From contig NC_047066.1 in NCBI RefSeq assembly GCF_902459465.1, positions 6,758,001 through 6,822,000 on the forward strand: 64,000 nt of DNA, written 5' to 3'. The stretch's first letter is position 1; the number at the start of each line of letters is the position of its first letter. Shown one piece after another: positions 47,645 through 62,000 of the stretch. The stretch comes from Asterias rubens. Its lineage: Eukaryota. The notes under the pieces are model-generated. The model was not told the origin of the DNA, did no database searches, and saw only the letters and a program-made list of their open reading frames with translations. The position numbers and the translations under genes are program-made.

Positions 47645-50600
47645 CTATAACTTAGCAGTGGCACCAGGTTTCTGGAAGATTTGTAAACGCAACGGTAGTT
47701 GAGCGTAGCTAGGCTTTTCTCCAGTCGCTAATTCACTCAGGATCTTGCCGACGACAGGCGCCAACTTGAAGCCGTGACCTATACGAAAAATTAATTTGTT
47801 AAAACTGAGTTATGGCGCATTACCTTTAATTGGAAGTTCAGAAATGTTAACAATGACTAAATTATTTAATAATGTATAATTATATGATCATAGTGTTAAG
47901 TAGGGCTATAAACTAATAATAATAATAAAGGAAAGCTTCAGGCCTACTTTATCTGTTAGAAATGCTCAAAGCAAAGTTTTGCTATAAAATAAGATTTTTG
48001 AGACTGTGCTTGGAGACAGCATTTTGCGGTGACATTATGTATAGGCCTACACGAAATATCTCTTCATCCGCTTTTGTTTGTTTGCTGATCTTCCCTTCAA
48101 GGTAACTCAGCAAACTCCCACAAAGGGACATAAACACCAGACTGCACACAGCCAATCTCTCTCATACAAACATTGATTTACCATCTATAGTTATGAATTA
48201 CACAAATCAGCGGTTCGAACCCACAACCTTGTGATTGCAAGTCCGGCAGTCTACGTACATTATTCCGAAGGCTTACCTGAGAATCCACAGCCAACGATGA
48301 TGTTTGGATGGTCAGGGTGTCTGTCAAGAATTATCTCTTCATTCGGTGTGCTCTAGAAAAAAAATGTATTTCCATTAAACAATTTGTAAAAATTATGCCC
48401 TTATAGAAAAGACACACAACAGCCGATATGGATGTTATGGAAGTTTGAACTGAATGAAAACTTGTAGTTGGTATCGATTGCATGCAGCAATGACAATGAC
48501 GTTAAACATAAATAAGTCATGAAATCAAAATTTAAATTGAAAAAAAATTTCCTTCAGTGAAGCAAAACTCTCAGCCAAAGATCCTTTCATGCGTGCACGT
48601 TTCGTCAAAGATGGCGGTCAATAACGTCATGTGCAATCCATATATAGGGTGCTTTCGTTTAGCTTCCCTGGGTCGACCCCGGTCTGCCCCGGTACGTTGG
48701 AATAGCTTTGACGGGGCTCACCCGGTCAGCCCCCCCAGTGCCCTGTTTGTGGACTGGGTCACTTTGGGGTAGTCTGAGGTGCATGCCGTCACCATGAGAG
48801 GGCGAGTGTGACCGTTCGATTGGCTCTTGTCAGGGTCTCACCCGGCCGTGTGAGCTAGCACCGCGGGGTCGACCCAGGGAAGCTAATCGAACGCACCCAT
48901 ATGATGTATAATATTCTTTGAATTCTCACAGTGTAAATGCAGTTTTCAATGATAGCCGGTTCCGGTACCAGACCAGGTACATGCGTTTTAATGAACTCCT
49001 TCAACTGGTCGATATCTTCAGTGTAATCGGTGCGCGTCTCTTCTGGATCAGTAAAATCTTGTCCCCTATGGTTACACACCTGTCAGATAGTGGTAGAAGA
49101 TTAGATACGATAGGACCATAGGACATAATTTATCGTGTCAAAAGTGTTTTGAGTAATTTCAGCTTTCTGTTTTATGTCTGATTAAGCAGTGTGCTTACTG
49201 GTTTATAAACGGCTCAATTTGGGCCTGTTGGTAATCATTACGTTGATATAAATTTTGATTACAGGCAGGCTTACAATCATTTACCTTGAAAAGGCCTGGA
49301 TATTCAGCACTCGTAGGAAGTCCATAAATCTCGAACTTCCCAGACAAGAAATAGAAACATGGGTAGTTGGACAACATTCCTGGCTGCTTTTCCGACCAGT
49401 AACAAACTTTAATCCTCGTTAGCTACATAAAATTGATCAAAAGGAAATAGATTGTAAGAACTTTTGACATAATTATGCGAAAAGAAGGTCAAAATCACAT
49501 TGAACCACAAAAACCAACTCATACCTTCAGGGGAGGGTAAAGTCCCAATGGTCTCAGCAACTGAGATGCCCATGAGCCCGGGGTGAGAACAACGCTCTTA
49601 GCCGTATACCGCCCTCTGTCTGTTATGATGGTCACATGTTTTCCGGGGATTATTTGCAACACTTTTTCTTCTTCTCGAATGATAGCTCCTTGTTTCACGA
49701 CCATGGTCTGGTTTTGAGAAAACAGCGAAGGAAAATAAGAAATTGAAAAGATGCTTTGGAAAACTGACAGCCGTAAATATTAAGAGAGGCGTATAGGCAG
49801 AGTTACCGCAGCAATGACGCGCGGTGCCCAGAACTTCCGCGCCCGGACTGGTGACGCCAATTGCATAGGAATAGCGAAACTGCCTGCGGTATTTAATGGT
49901 CATTTTCATAAATCATAGGTATTTTTTAAGAATGATGAAACATGGACACTGGCGATTTTTCTGTCGATAGTCGGCATTTACAGCAACTTAGAGCAAGTTC
50001 GGGTGGCGACTTGACTAGACCGACAAAACTAACCCGGAAACCATAGAGCACAGGGACATTATTGACTATAACACCCCTTGCAAATATTCTGCCGTTTCAT
50101 TGGTTTAGAACCGCGTCACATGATATTATGTCTTAGTTTTAATAGCCAGCGGCCGTGTGATACTGTGCATCTTTGCCGTGTGATACTGCATCGTTTGGCG
50201 ACTATTTCACGGCTTGCAGTACCCAGACGTCTTTTTACCCACCTCGAACCCAAGAAGGTGTGCATCTGTGTATCTGAAACGCGCGTACGAACGTTACGTG
50301 TACGAAGATGATTAAAAGTCTGTTGGGGTGTTATAAAACAAATATTGACTGCTTCGAGTACTTTGGTTAAAACTACGTGCGCCTCGGGAAAATGGAACGG
50401 TCCGGGGATCACCTCGGGAGTCGTCGGAGTCGTAGTTTTAACCAAAGTACTCGAAGCAGTCAATATTTGTATAATATCGAACCATGCTGGGTGTTGAAGT
50501 CTATAGTCGCTCAACCGAACTTGCTCTTACCTGACGGGTCAACGAATGCTATATAGCGTAACCCTGTATAGAATAATATAATGGGGATTTTTTTTTCAAA

Positions 50601-53600
50601 CGACTTGATTTGAGTCTAGTCTGTTTGGGATTCGTGTTCTGCATTCACCCTTCAGCACTCCACCTGTGGTGAAGGGTTGCGCTATATAGCACCACGAGGG
50701 GATTTCCGCACAAAATTTGCAATTTGATTTCAAGTCATTGTTGGAGATTCATTTTAGCTTGTGCCTGTACCTGTAGAGCTTTGAGACACCGGTCAGCATA
50801 CAGCACCCCACCTGACGGGTCCACGAATGCCTTCATTTCAGGCTGGAATGAGAAGCCAGGCCAGCGTTGGCAGACCTGCCGAGCTGTAAGCAGCTCAATG
50901 GGTTTGTTCATGTCTTGTAAGTTACCTCCGCGGTGGTTGTAATCCTTGTAAGGAGGTCCATTTACAGACAAAAGACCCACATTTCTGTTTAAAAACAACC
51001 AAACTGAAGTGGGTAAGAAAAGTAAACTGGGCCAACAAGATAAGGTGCCTATATGAAATACATGGGTCTGTTCTAATTAAACAAAAATCGTAGAACAAAC
51101 GAAAAATAAAGGAATCGCAGTCCGAAGTTTTGACAAATTCTTGACAATATTGTCCCCTCTTTGAACATTTCGTTACCTGTAGAGTTTGGTGCCTACTTCT
51201 TGTTCGAGTCGTGCCCACGTCTCGAAGCATTCCGGCATCATCATGGCGTAATGCTTCTGGAGGTAAGCATGGCGAGTGATACGAGACTGACCATGGGAAC
51301 TGCCTCGGTCGTGTCCTAACTTGAACTGCAAGAAATGGACGTGGTTTTATGAGTTTTGACGGGCGCGGGTGACGGGGGTAGGGTGGGTCTATCTTCTCGT
51401 CGAGCGACGTTGTTGTTAGCAGAAGAGTGTGGGTTCGAATCCATGTCAAGACACTTCAGCCTTTGATTAAAGGCAGTGGACACTTAATTGGTAGTTACTC
51501 AAAATAATTATCATCATAAAACATTTCTTGGTGACGAGTAATGTGGGGAGGTTGATGGTTTAAAACATTGTGAGAAACGGCTCCCTCTGAAGTGCCATAG
51601 TTTTCGAGCAAGAAGTAATTTTCCACGAATTTGATTTCGAGACCTCAGATTTAGAACTTGAGGTCTCGAAATCAACCATCTAAACGCACACAACTTCGTG
51701 TGACAAGGGTGTTTTTTCTTTCATTATTATCTCGCAAGTTCGATGACCGATTGAGCTCAAATTTTCACAGGTTTGTTATTTTTTGCATATGTTGAGATAC
51801 ACCAACATGTGAAGGCTAGTCTTTGACAATTACCAATAAGTGTCCACTGCCTTTAGGGCACCTATAACCATGTTGTGATTGTAGCCGCATCTTTGACTAG
51901 CCAGACGAATGCCATTAAACCATTGTGTATTATTTATAGTTCTAATGATAACACGACGCGTTCTGGCAGGGGCACGTTTGTCAAGAAGGTCCTGTTCACC
52001 TTTGGGGTAGTTGTCAAAGACCAATGTTCTCACTTGGTGTGTACCAACATATGCATAAAATAACAAACCTGTGAAAATTTGAGCTCAAATTGCTCATCGA
52101 ATTTGCAAGAGAATAATACAAGAAAAAACACCCTTGTTGCATTTGTCTGCTTTCATTATGCACTTCTATTATACGAGTGAGAAATTACCGGTGATTGTCC
52201 CTGTGAATAGTACCGCAACAAAGGAAGACTATATTAAGATAGCTATGAAAGCAATCCGGTCCACTCATGGTGCAACTCACACAATAACTGATGGGCGAAT
52301 TATATCCGAGAGTATCAGTAATACAGCATATAGCGTATAATAACAAAATTTGGGGGGCTAGTCATCCTTACTCGCAGCTAAGAGCTGAATTACCAAGGAC
52401 GCGGCGCTACAACGTGTTTGAGAAGGAGGCATGCAAGGGCGCCTTCAGCTGCCAGCCACATCAACACATTATGACCACGGAGCACAGCCAAGATCGAAAG
52501 TGTTTGATTTTTCCCGAGGGAGGAAAACCGGATTGTCTGGAAAACCCTCGTGGCACAGCAGAGAACCAACGCACAACAACTCAACTCACATAATTTGTAT
52601 GGCCCTGGCCAGGAATCGAACCGGGGTCACCTGGTGAGAGAGCGCAATACGCACAAGCCAACCGTGCCACCCATATACATGTACATGTACAGTTATAGCA
52701 CTTTGACAAATCCAGCATCAACAATCGCAAAAAGTTATGATCACAAATCATGTAAATGCACATAAAGTATATCCCAAAATGTTCCATGTTCTTCATTGAA
52801 CAGATATATATAAACCCTGTCACGCAAAATGATAAAAAAGCAGGAGAAACTAGACATAGAATTTTTGTTAATTACAAAAACACGGTGTTCGGTTGGACGT
52901 TACGTGATGACGTAGTTTAAAAACATTGAACCATAAAGATGACTTTTTCTACAACGTGTCGTTAATTTTTATAGTTAAACTTGTATCACAGTTTTAACAA
53001 CTCCTTTTTTCTTCACAAATGCAATATGTTTGTGTGAGATTGGCTTTCGGTTTTAATTTGCAATATATGGAAACCCTTTAAAAATTTAGCTACCCCTGCA
53101 CGGGATGATGTACACAGATTTGATAATCAACAGCGCCCTCTTTTGTTGGACAAACAAGAGCGCTTTTGGGATTCCCCCAAAAACGTTCGCGCCATATGAT
53201 TTGTACACATTTTAAACGTTGTTTTATTGTTATTTATTACCTGATGACGTCATTATGACGTAATTAGGCCTGTGTTGTCTTAAAAACACTAAGGTTCAAC
53301 TATCTGTTGAGTTTCAAGGTTCAACTCGATCTCAATCTTGAGTTATGCCGTAGATAAGCTCAAAAGTGGGTTTTTTGATGAAAAAAACACGAAGGCGAAC
53401 TTTGACCCAGGGTAACGACCCGGAAGTTAAGGTCGTACGATTTTGGCGTTAACTTTTCAAATGTTGTCCAAGTCTTTATTTATCCGATGCCCAAGTATGA
53501 ACATCATAGCTTTTATATTCGTTGAGATACAGCATCAAGCAAATGGTCATTTTTAAACATTTTAAACCTTGTCATGACCTCATTATTACTCAGCCACCAT

Positions 53601-55004
53601 GCTCCTATTTATAATATCCGAAAATCCATTTAACGATTTCGAATTTAATCCTTAGCATTTAAACTTCAAAGCTAAAACACTTATTTTTAAATCTTAAAAT
53701 GGATTGGTCCCAATACAATCCTTTGGATTAACTTTTAATTCCCTCCCATATAATACGGTTATCTATGGTGGCTTTAAAGGGACATCGCAAATATATATTG
53801 ACGCCAATATTGACGCCAATATTTGCGACTTTTACCCCAAGTTGCAAATATTGACGCCAATATTGACGCCAATATTCACGACTTGGCCCAAAGTCGCAAA
53901 TATTGACGCCAATATTCACGCCAATATTCACGACTTGGCCCAAAGTCGCAAATATTGACGCCAATATTGACGCCAATATTCACGACATGGGCCCTATGTC
54001 GCAAATATTGACGCCAATATTGACGCCAATATTCACAACATGGGTCAAATGTCGCAAATATTGACGCCAATATTGACGCCAATATTCACGCCAATATTCA
54101 CGACATGGGCCCTATGTCGCAAATATTGACGCCAATATTGACGCCAATATTCACGACATGGGCCCTATGTCGCAAATATTGACGCCAATATTGACGCCAA
54201 TATTCACGACATGGGCTACACGTCGCAAATATTTATGCCAATATTCACGACATAGCCCAAGTCGCAAACCCACTCAGGCGTGAATTTTTTTTAAAGCAAC
54301 TTGGGGAGTCAGAGCGCGCGAGCGAGATCGGGACCAGTGCGCCAGACTATTTTCTTGCCCACCCAGCTACCTAGGTTGCTAAAAAAACAATGAATATTCA
54401 CGCCTGAGCGGGTTTGCGACTTGGGGCCCATGTCGTGAATATTGGCGTCAATATTTGCGACATTTGACCCATGTTGTGAATATTGGCGTCAATATTGGCG
54501 TCAATATTTGCGACATAGGGCCCATGTCGTGAATATTGGTGTCAATATTGGCGTCAATATTTGCGACTTTGGGCCAAGTCGTGAATATTGGCGTCAATAT
54601 TTGCGACTTTGGGCCAAGTCGTGAATATTGGCGTCAATATTGGCGTCAATATTTGCAACTTGGGGTAAAAGTCGCAAATATTGGCGTCAATATTGGCGTC
54701 AGTATATATTTGCGATGTCCCTTTAAAGCCACCATAGTTATCCTTTCACATGAACGATTCAATGCCCTTTACAGTGCTGCATGTGCCGATTTGTGGCAGG
54801 CCTGGTTGAATTTACAACATACGAATTAATATCAGAAACTAGTCATTGTCTAAAATCAAACTATTAATGGATTTATACCTGTTCGATTAGCAGTGTTTTG
54901 ACGCCCTTCTTCGTCAGCTGGTAGCAAGTTGCTGAACCTTCAATACCTGCTCCTATCACTATACAATCGTAGTGTGTCTGGTTTATCACGGATAGATTTG
55001 CCAT
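47645..55004 (-). CDS. PIPOX: Peroxisomal sarcosine / L-pipecolate oxidase-like, copy A (~389 aa, complete)
   Basis: Exons 55004-54879, 51325-51177, 50984-50771, 49707-49525, 49422-49285, 49079-48930, 48352-48277 and 47778-47645 total 1170 nt. FAD motif [13 protein letters not shown], then [37 protein letters not shown], and a C-terminal PTS1 AKL*. Confidence 0.93.
48647..48898. mobile_element. PIF/Harbinger-like MITE in a PIPOX-A intron
   Basis: TIR GGGTGC(T/G)TTCG(T/A)TTAGCTTCCCTGGGTCGACCCCG, with ATA on both sides. Confidence 0.7.
50338..50470. repeat. Perfect 40-bp inverted repeat with a 53-nt GC-rich spacer
   Basis: 50338-50377 is the exact reverse complement of 50431-50470. Confidence 0.9.
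51467..51855 (-). mobile_element. K1 MITE copy inserted in a SINE fragment
   Basis: Reverse K1 body directly following gagtgtgggttcgaatcc...gacactt. Confidence 0.8.
52330..52665 (-). mobile_element. tRNA-derived SINE with a V-domain-like segment
   Basis: Minus-strand head GGCACGGTTGGC...CCCCGGTTCGATTCCTGG, followed by GGGTTTTCC...CCGGTTTTCCTCCC. Confidence 0.55.
53757..54743. mobile_element. Foldback-type element with long TIRs built of tandem repeats
   Basis: The left arm is a ~53-nt higher-order repeat of the 12-mer AATATTGACGCC. The right arm is its reverse complement, and the unique centre spans ~54290-54390. Confidence 0.8.
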
Positions 55005-55694
55005 TGTGATATGTTGTTGATTTCATAACTCTATGAAACCGATTAGGCCCAAGCCAGGCGACTCGGTGTAGGACAACATACCACCCATGAAAGGCGCACT
55101 CACGAGGGCATTGTGCGACTTTACCAAAACCTGTGACGACATGTTATTGTTTAAATCGCTCCATTATTTTGCCTGAATGGAGCGACATTGTATAATTTTT
55201 AGTTCAATTGTTTGCATGTACTACCTAAGCTTTTCACTCCAGTGAACACCAACGGTGGTGCGTGAAGGACGAAGACCAACGTTTAGGAAAAACCTTCGTT
55301 CATTCGACAGCGCCATCATGGACCGGGAGCGAAAGACGCAGGACGGTACTAGGCTCGAGGTCACTCTCTGGCGTTTTTCACGAGCGTTGAAGTTTGTATC
55401 GGATGTTTAGGCTAAACTATAACTGACTTTATAGCACGAAACCCGGCTTGAACTGAGTCTATGCTCATGCACGATTTCTACAAGTCAATGGAAGAAGACA
55501 AAATGATGTGGAGATTGCACAATTTCCATTTTTATAGTTATTAAAACTATTATTTACCCATTTATTTCCACCCTCGTGACTCTGCTTTGAGTAAATTGCC
55601 GTTACATGCGAGCATTGTGGTTATTCACTTCCCATTACTTAGTAATACCTGAGTTTTATTACAATTGTTAAATCATTATTAATAAATAAACACA

Positions 55695-55790
55695 GTATAA
55701 CTTGGCACAAAGTTTCTTAAAGTGTTCTGACCGAACGGCAGTTGATCGTAATTGGGATTTTCTCCAGTCGCAAATTCGTCTCAGCTTTGA
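55695..55790 (-). pseudogene. Degenerate extra copy of the PIPOX terminal exon
   Basis: The minus strand reads ...EFATGENPNYDQLP...GCCAAGTTA, versus [15 protein letters not shown]...AKL in copy B. It has frameshifts and no intact acceptor. Confidence 0.7.
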
Positions 55791-56024
55791 GAAAATTGCC
55801 GTTTAGTTTTATGCGAGTAATATCATTCTAAATTGCGGCATCGGGGATAAAGAGTATTAATTTTGCTTTTTACAATAGCCTACTAATATTATAATAAATT
55901 TACATCACTGAGCTCCTAATAATAGTAATAAATTTACATCATTGCTTTTTTCACTTTAATGAGCATTACCCAAGTTCTATTAAAATTTTCAAATCATTAT
56001 AAAATAAACTTAAAAAAAAAACAC

Positions 56025-59000
56025 CTATAACTTGGCAACAGTTTTATTAAAAGATTTTAAATGTAAAGGCAGTTGGTCGAAGCTAGGCTTTTCTCCAGTC
56101 GCTAATTCACTCAGGATCTTGCCGACTACAGGCGCCAACTTGAAGCCATGACCTTTGTAGTGATAAGAGAACATGTATTAAAACTTTGAATGGCCATTGT
56201 GACTAGAGACGCATTTTGGCAAACTGGAAGTTTTAAGTCACTATTTATTTCTTTTGCATGTGAATAATATTATGATATATATCTCTATAAATGTAAAAGA
56301 GTAAAAAACACAACTCTTTACATTTCGAGATGTCCCTCAAATGGCTCTTTAAAAAGAGTGGGGGTTTTCACTCCAGGACAGAGTGAAAATCACCCGAAAA
56401 GATGCAAACTTCAATCTAGAGAAGTGGAAGACCACTCGAAAAAAAGTTTTTCCTCATAATGGCTCTTCAAAGAGTGCATTTCCACTGTTTGTATTTATAG
56501 AGATACAGATACATTTAGAACTACCAAGGAAACCGATTATCTAAACATAATTATTTGGGCCCAATTGACAAAATGCTATTCACACAGTCACTTACCTGAG
56601 AATCCACAGCCAACGATGATGTTTGGATGGTCAGGGTGTCTGTCAAGAATTATCTCTTCATTCGGTGTGCTCTAGAAAATAACATTGTATTATTGTTAAA
56701 AGTTTCGTTTGAAACGAGCACAGATTTCATGATTTGTTTGTATGAATTTAAGTTCAAACCGAATACAAAAAGATGATTGACCGATGACTGCAGGGCATTT
56801 GTATTAGTCAATGGTTTTGAGATGGTGGGGCGTTCTGGTTATGTTGACCAAAATGACGTTCTGTATTATCTGTGATGTCGACTCGGGCAATCTTTTATGA
56901 ATTAAGTTGAGACACAAAAATTAACATTAAGTTTAAATGATCAACTATTGTGCTTTCTCTGCTGGTTCAATCATTATTTGATTTGTGTGTGTAGCCCCCC
57001 CCCACCCCATAATAGAGAAAAATAAATTACAACAGAAATAAACATTTGACGTTTATACAACTTTTAAGAGAACAAAAGTTCAAGATGGTGTATATTTATT
57101 ACAGCAGATATTTTAACGATTTTGGACATATTCGGTAATTGTCATAGACCAGTCTTCTCACTTGGAGTGTCTCAAAATATGCACAAAATTAACAAACCTG
57201 TGAAAATTTGAACTCAATTGGTCGTCGAAGTTATGAGATAATAATGGAAGAAAAACAATCTTGTCACACGAAGTTGTGTGCTTTCAGATGCTTCAATTCG
57301 AGACCTCAAAATCTAATATTTTAGTGAGAAATTACTTATTTTTTGAAAACGAAGTTACTTCAGAGGGAGCCGTTTCTCACAATATTTTATACTATACCAA
57401 CATCTCTCCATTTGATCGTTAAAAGGTAAGCTGATATGATAACGATTATTTTGACCAATTACCAATAGTATTCAATGCCTTTAAGTCATAATATACTCAC
57501 AGTGTAAATGCAGTTTTCAATAATAGCCGGTTCCGGTACCAGACCAGGTACATGCTCTATAATGAATTCCTTCAACTTGTCGATGTCTTCAGTGAACTGT
57601 TCGTTGTTTCTATCTTCTGGATTAGTTAAGTCTTGTCCCTGATGGTTGCACACCTGCATGTAAATATACAATTACAAAATTGCACAATTTTAAAGAAAGA
57701 CAGCCGATTTGTTTTCTTCTTCAGAAAAATTACTGTATATTTATTTTTTATTTATTTTAAATCTTTAGACATACACAATAGTTACAAGTTGTACAGGGGC
57801 TGTCAAGGTTAAAACAAAAGTATAAAAACTGTCATCAAAAGATGTGTAAAACCAGACCCCTGCCAACGATAAAAATATAATTATACAATATAAAAAGTTG
57901 CACTGAAACATTGCACTGAAACATTTAAAAATCACACAAGAAAACATTAAAACACAAGCAAAACCAGACTATCGAAAAAAAAAAAATGCCGAGGACACTA
58001 ATTTGAGAGCAAACTAGGATTTCCCTAGGATGCGGCCTTAATTCCCGCCCAAAATGTTATTAACAGAAGCAACAAATAATCATACATTTACCACCCGTTA
58101 AAACCCACCCGTAGCAACAATCTAAGCGCCGAACGCCCATAAAATTCGCATCAAATTAATTTCAAACAAATGGTCCAGTACAATGCCTTATTATTCGTGT
58201 GATATGTTATTGTTTGTAAATGTATTCAGCGCCATTAGCACTTTGATTGATTTGTGCGCTTTATAAGGTTTCATTCTTATAAAGTTTTCATCTTTATTTT
58301 ATAGAACGATCGAATTGAATGAAATAACAATATTAATTTCAACTTGGTGCTTGTACAGGAACATTCCATGTAGAGGTTTTGCGATCCCCACTTCACGCTT
58401 TGCTCGAGTGGCAACCACAGTACGGTCGCCTTTAGTGTATTTGCTTCACCAAAAAAGTGTTTCTTCCAATTTTACCGTGCAAGTCTCGTTAATAGTGTTC
58501 GAACATTTTTGGCCAACATTTTTTGAACCACTCTGGTCCAGTGTTTAAGTGCGATAAAGAAAAACAACTCACACACTTTAACGGGTGCCAATGTTCGAAT
58601 ACGCGCGAGACTTTCACAATCTTTACCTGTATTTAAAAAAGGTAGTTGCTTGACGTTTCGACCCAGCCTGGCAGCCCCCTCTCATGTATTTCCACTGCAC
58701 TGCAAGGCTCGATGAAGGGACTCTTCTAAAAAGGGTATAATTTGGGCATTTTCCATAGGTCCTTTCGGTTGGAAAGCAGTTTGCAACAGCTTTTCCTTTT
58801 TCTGTGTTTAACTTGTAATGTTATAAATCTTCTGTTTAGACACACTCGATTCGCTAACAACTAGTCTTGGCCCAAGACTAAAGTGCTCGATATTGGATAG
58901 TGTACTACTTTTCAGAACTGAGAAGTCTTCCGAACCCCCGATTATGTAATCCGCGGCAGTATAATAAAGCTAGACAGTACTCCAAGAACAAACTCTATCT

Positions 59001-62000
59001 GGCAAGTCGATACACACATGGTGTTACCGCAAACCAAATATGCATTGATACCCTACCATGCAATGTCTCAAATCCTATGTACTATAAGTAGCTTGCCAGT
59101 ATAGTCTAGATTTCAAGCTCGCCAGTAAAGTAAATCATACCGTAGAGGGCGCGCTACAGCGATTTACAACTGCGCGTAGTCTAGTAGACTATCCAATATC
59201 GAGCACTATAGTCTAAGGCCAAGACTAGGTAATAACAAGTTCATCACTCATTTTGAACTTAAGGATTTATACAAATTAAACATAAACCAGACCTTGACAA
59301 GGCCCGGATACTCGGCACTAGGTAGTCCGTACGCCTCGTATTTCTCAGACAGGAAATAGAAACAGGGGTAGTTGGAGAACATTCCCGGCTGCTTCTCTGG
59401 CCAGTAACACACTTTAATCCTCGTTATCTGCATGCAACAAATAGCCATTTATTAGTTCAGGGTTTAAATACAAAATTACGATGAGTGTTATGTAATCAGG
59501 TTCACAAAGAGCTAAAGATGTATCTAACTACATACCACACTAAGCAAACCACTATGAGCAATACAAATCATTTATTAGTCCCTGGCCAGGAGGTACCCTT
59601 GACCAAAACAGTTTAACTTCTAGTTGCCTTGTCCATTCAAATACCTTGCTGCTCTCAATTTTATAGTGCCTTTTGCATTATGAACTCTTTTAACAAATTT
59701 TTAATTTTAATGCCCATAAAGTGCTTTTATAGTTTTAGCTGCTTGTATAGTACTATATTTATATACTGTATGCCATGTTTTTATAATGTCCATCTGTAAT
59801 GTCCTTTGTCTCTTCCGGAGATTAACTCGATAGTAATTTAGTTTACTTTTTTTAAAATCCTTTAGGGTGCTACTTTTTTTTCTTTTTTTTCCTCCTAAAT
59901 TGTACGTACATGTTTTTGTTTTCTTTACTGTTCTTATTGTCTGTACTTGAATTTTTCCCTGTGCAATTAATAAATGAAATGAATGAAATACGATACTTTA
60001 CAATACAATACAATACAATTCGACGCAATAAATATTATTGTAATATATTGTATTGTATAAGCAAAGTGTGACGTCACAAAACAATTCACTGTGGTAATAC
60101 ACTGTCAACACATCTTTTAAAATAGTTTGCCCGAACATAGAGAAAGGACATGGTCCGACCATTAATTTGGTCGGACACAATCGGGCGGGCAATGGGCCGT
60201 ATTTATGCTTTTGCTTACATCTTTATACATATCTGTATAAAGATGTAGGCAAAAGCCTAAAAAAAAGCAATTGCTATTTTTTTTTATGAATACGGCCCAA
60301 TCTCATGGTTCACCAATAAATTCGTCTTACATGGTTACACGTAGAACAAACTGTTGCATAAACAAGCTACTATATACTTATCAAACTATGCATAATAAGC
60401 GTGGTTTGTACCAGACAGTATGGTGGGACAAACTCAAATCTTTGCGTCACAGATCAAACAACTCATCTTAATACGTATACCTTTAGCGGAGGGTCAAGTC
60501 CCAACGGTCTCAGCAACTGAGATGCCCATGAGCCCGGTGTGAGAACAACGCTCTTAGCCGTATACCGCCCTCTGTTGGTTATGATGGTCACATGTTTTCC
60601 GGGGATGATTTGCAGCACTTTTTCTTCTTCTCTAACGATACCTCCTTGCTTCACGAACATGGTCTGGTAGTGAGAAAACAAGCGAAGGGAAGTTTTAAAA
60701 TGTGCATTGTTTTTCGTGTCACAGTGTAGCATAATAGGGACTTTTCGTTTTCGACGACGGATGGTTCTGCGACGGTTGTTCAACTAAACGTTGTCGTTTT
60801 CAGCACAACGAAGATTCATCCCAAGTAGTCCTATTATTAAGGCTAGTACATGTACTGTGTTTAGGACGAGTCTTAACTCCTTGTGAAATTCACCCCCAGC
60901 AGCCTTTTTTCAAGAAACGCTAGGATTAATTATATCCTAAGTTAGGACGAGTCATAAACTCGTCCTAACTTAGGATGTGTTCAATGCGTTCAATATGGAA
61001 ACGGAACTTAGATCGAATTCTTATATAGTGCACGTATCTACCAAACAAAGTAATCATGACACTGAGTTAACTTTCAGAAAGATATAGGTTATTGAAGTAA
61101 TTAATTCTGAGACCCAATTATGTAGCACCTTATAAGGGTGTGCAAGATACTACGACTTATTTAGCAGCCACAGCCAGGAACACCGGGCGAACCCCTTATC
61201 TTTTCGATAAGGGCACTGGGTTCGTTACACAACACATGGGACCAACGGCTTTACGTCCAATCCGAAGGACGAAGCCATGGTTAAGTGTCTTGCTTAAGGA
61301 CACAAGTGTCACTTCTGGGGATTCGAACCCACACTCTGCTGATCAGAAACACCAGAGTTTGAATTCGGTGCTCTTAACCGCTTGGCCACGACACTTAACT
61401 CACCGTCCAAAGTTCTAAAATTAATTCTAAGTTAGAAAGGGTTTGGTGAACTCGACGGCTGTGAACTGAAATGAGACACTGGTCGCCATTCAGCCGAGTC
61501 CAACATGGCAGATGGATCAATGAATGCTAATGGCACAGTAAACATGAACGACTCGATGTCATGTTTAATAGTTTGATCCATGCTATGCCATGCCTACCTG
61601 GAGAGCGTTGAGGCACCGGTCAGCCCTCAGCACACCACCTGACGGGTCCACGAATGCCTTCATTTCAGGCTGGAAGGAGAAGCCAGGCCAGCGTTGGCAG
61701 ACCTGCTGAACTGTAAGTAGCTCATAGGGTTTGTTCATGTCCTTTAAGGCTCCTCCGCGATTGTTGTAATCCTTGTAGGGAGGTCCATTAACAGACATAA
61801 GACCCACATTTCTGTAAAAAATAATAATAATGAATCTAATTAAGGTGATTTAGTAAGGAATCAAACAGAAAACACACTCAGAGAGGCCCAATGATAAATG
61901 AAAATACAGTTCTCACCAATAGGTGGCAAATTTCAAATTGTGCATTTATTCTATGTCTCGTCAAACGGATCATCGACAAATAAAGTCATTACATTTCACT

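Noticed and set aside
50922-51449. 175-aa minus-strand ORF
   Set aside because: It is an alternative frame over PIPOX exon 2 plus intron and SINE sequence.
53704-54829. ORFs with [10 protein letters not shown] / ASILASI repeats, and a CRISPR-like look
   Set aside because: These are translations of a 12-nt tandem repeat in inverted arms. There are no unique spacers or cas genes, and the context is a eukaryotic intron.
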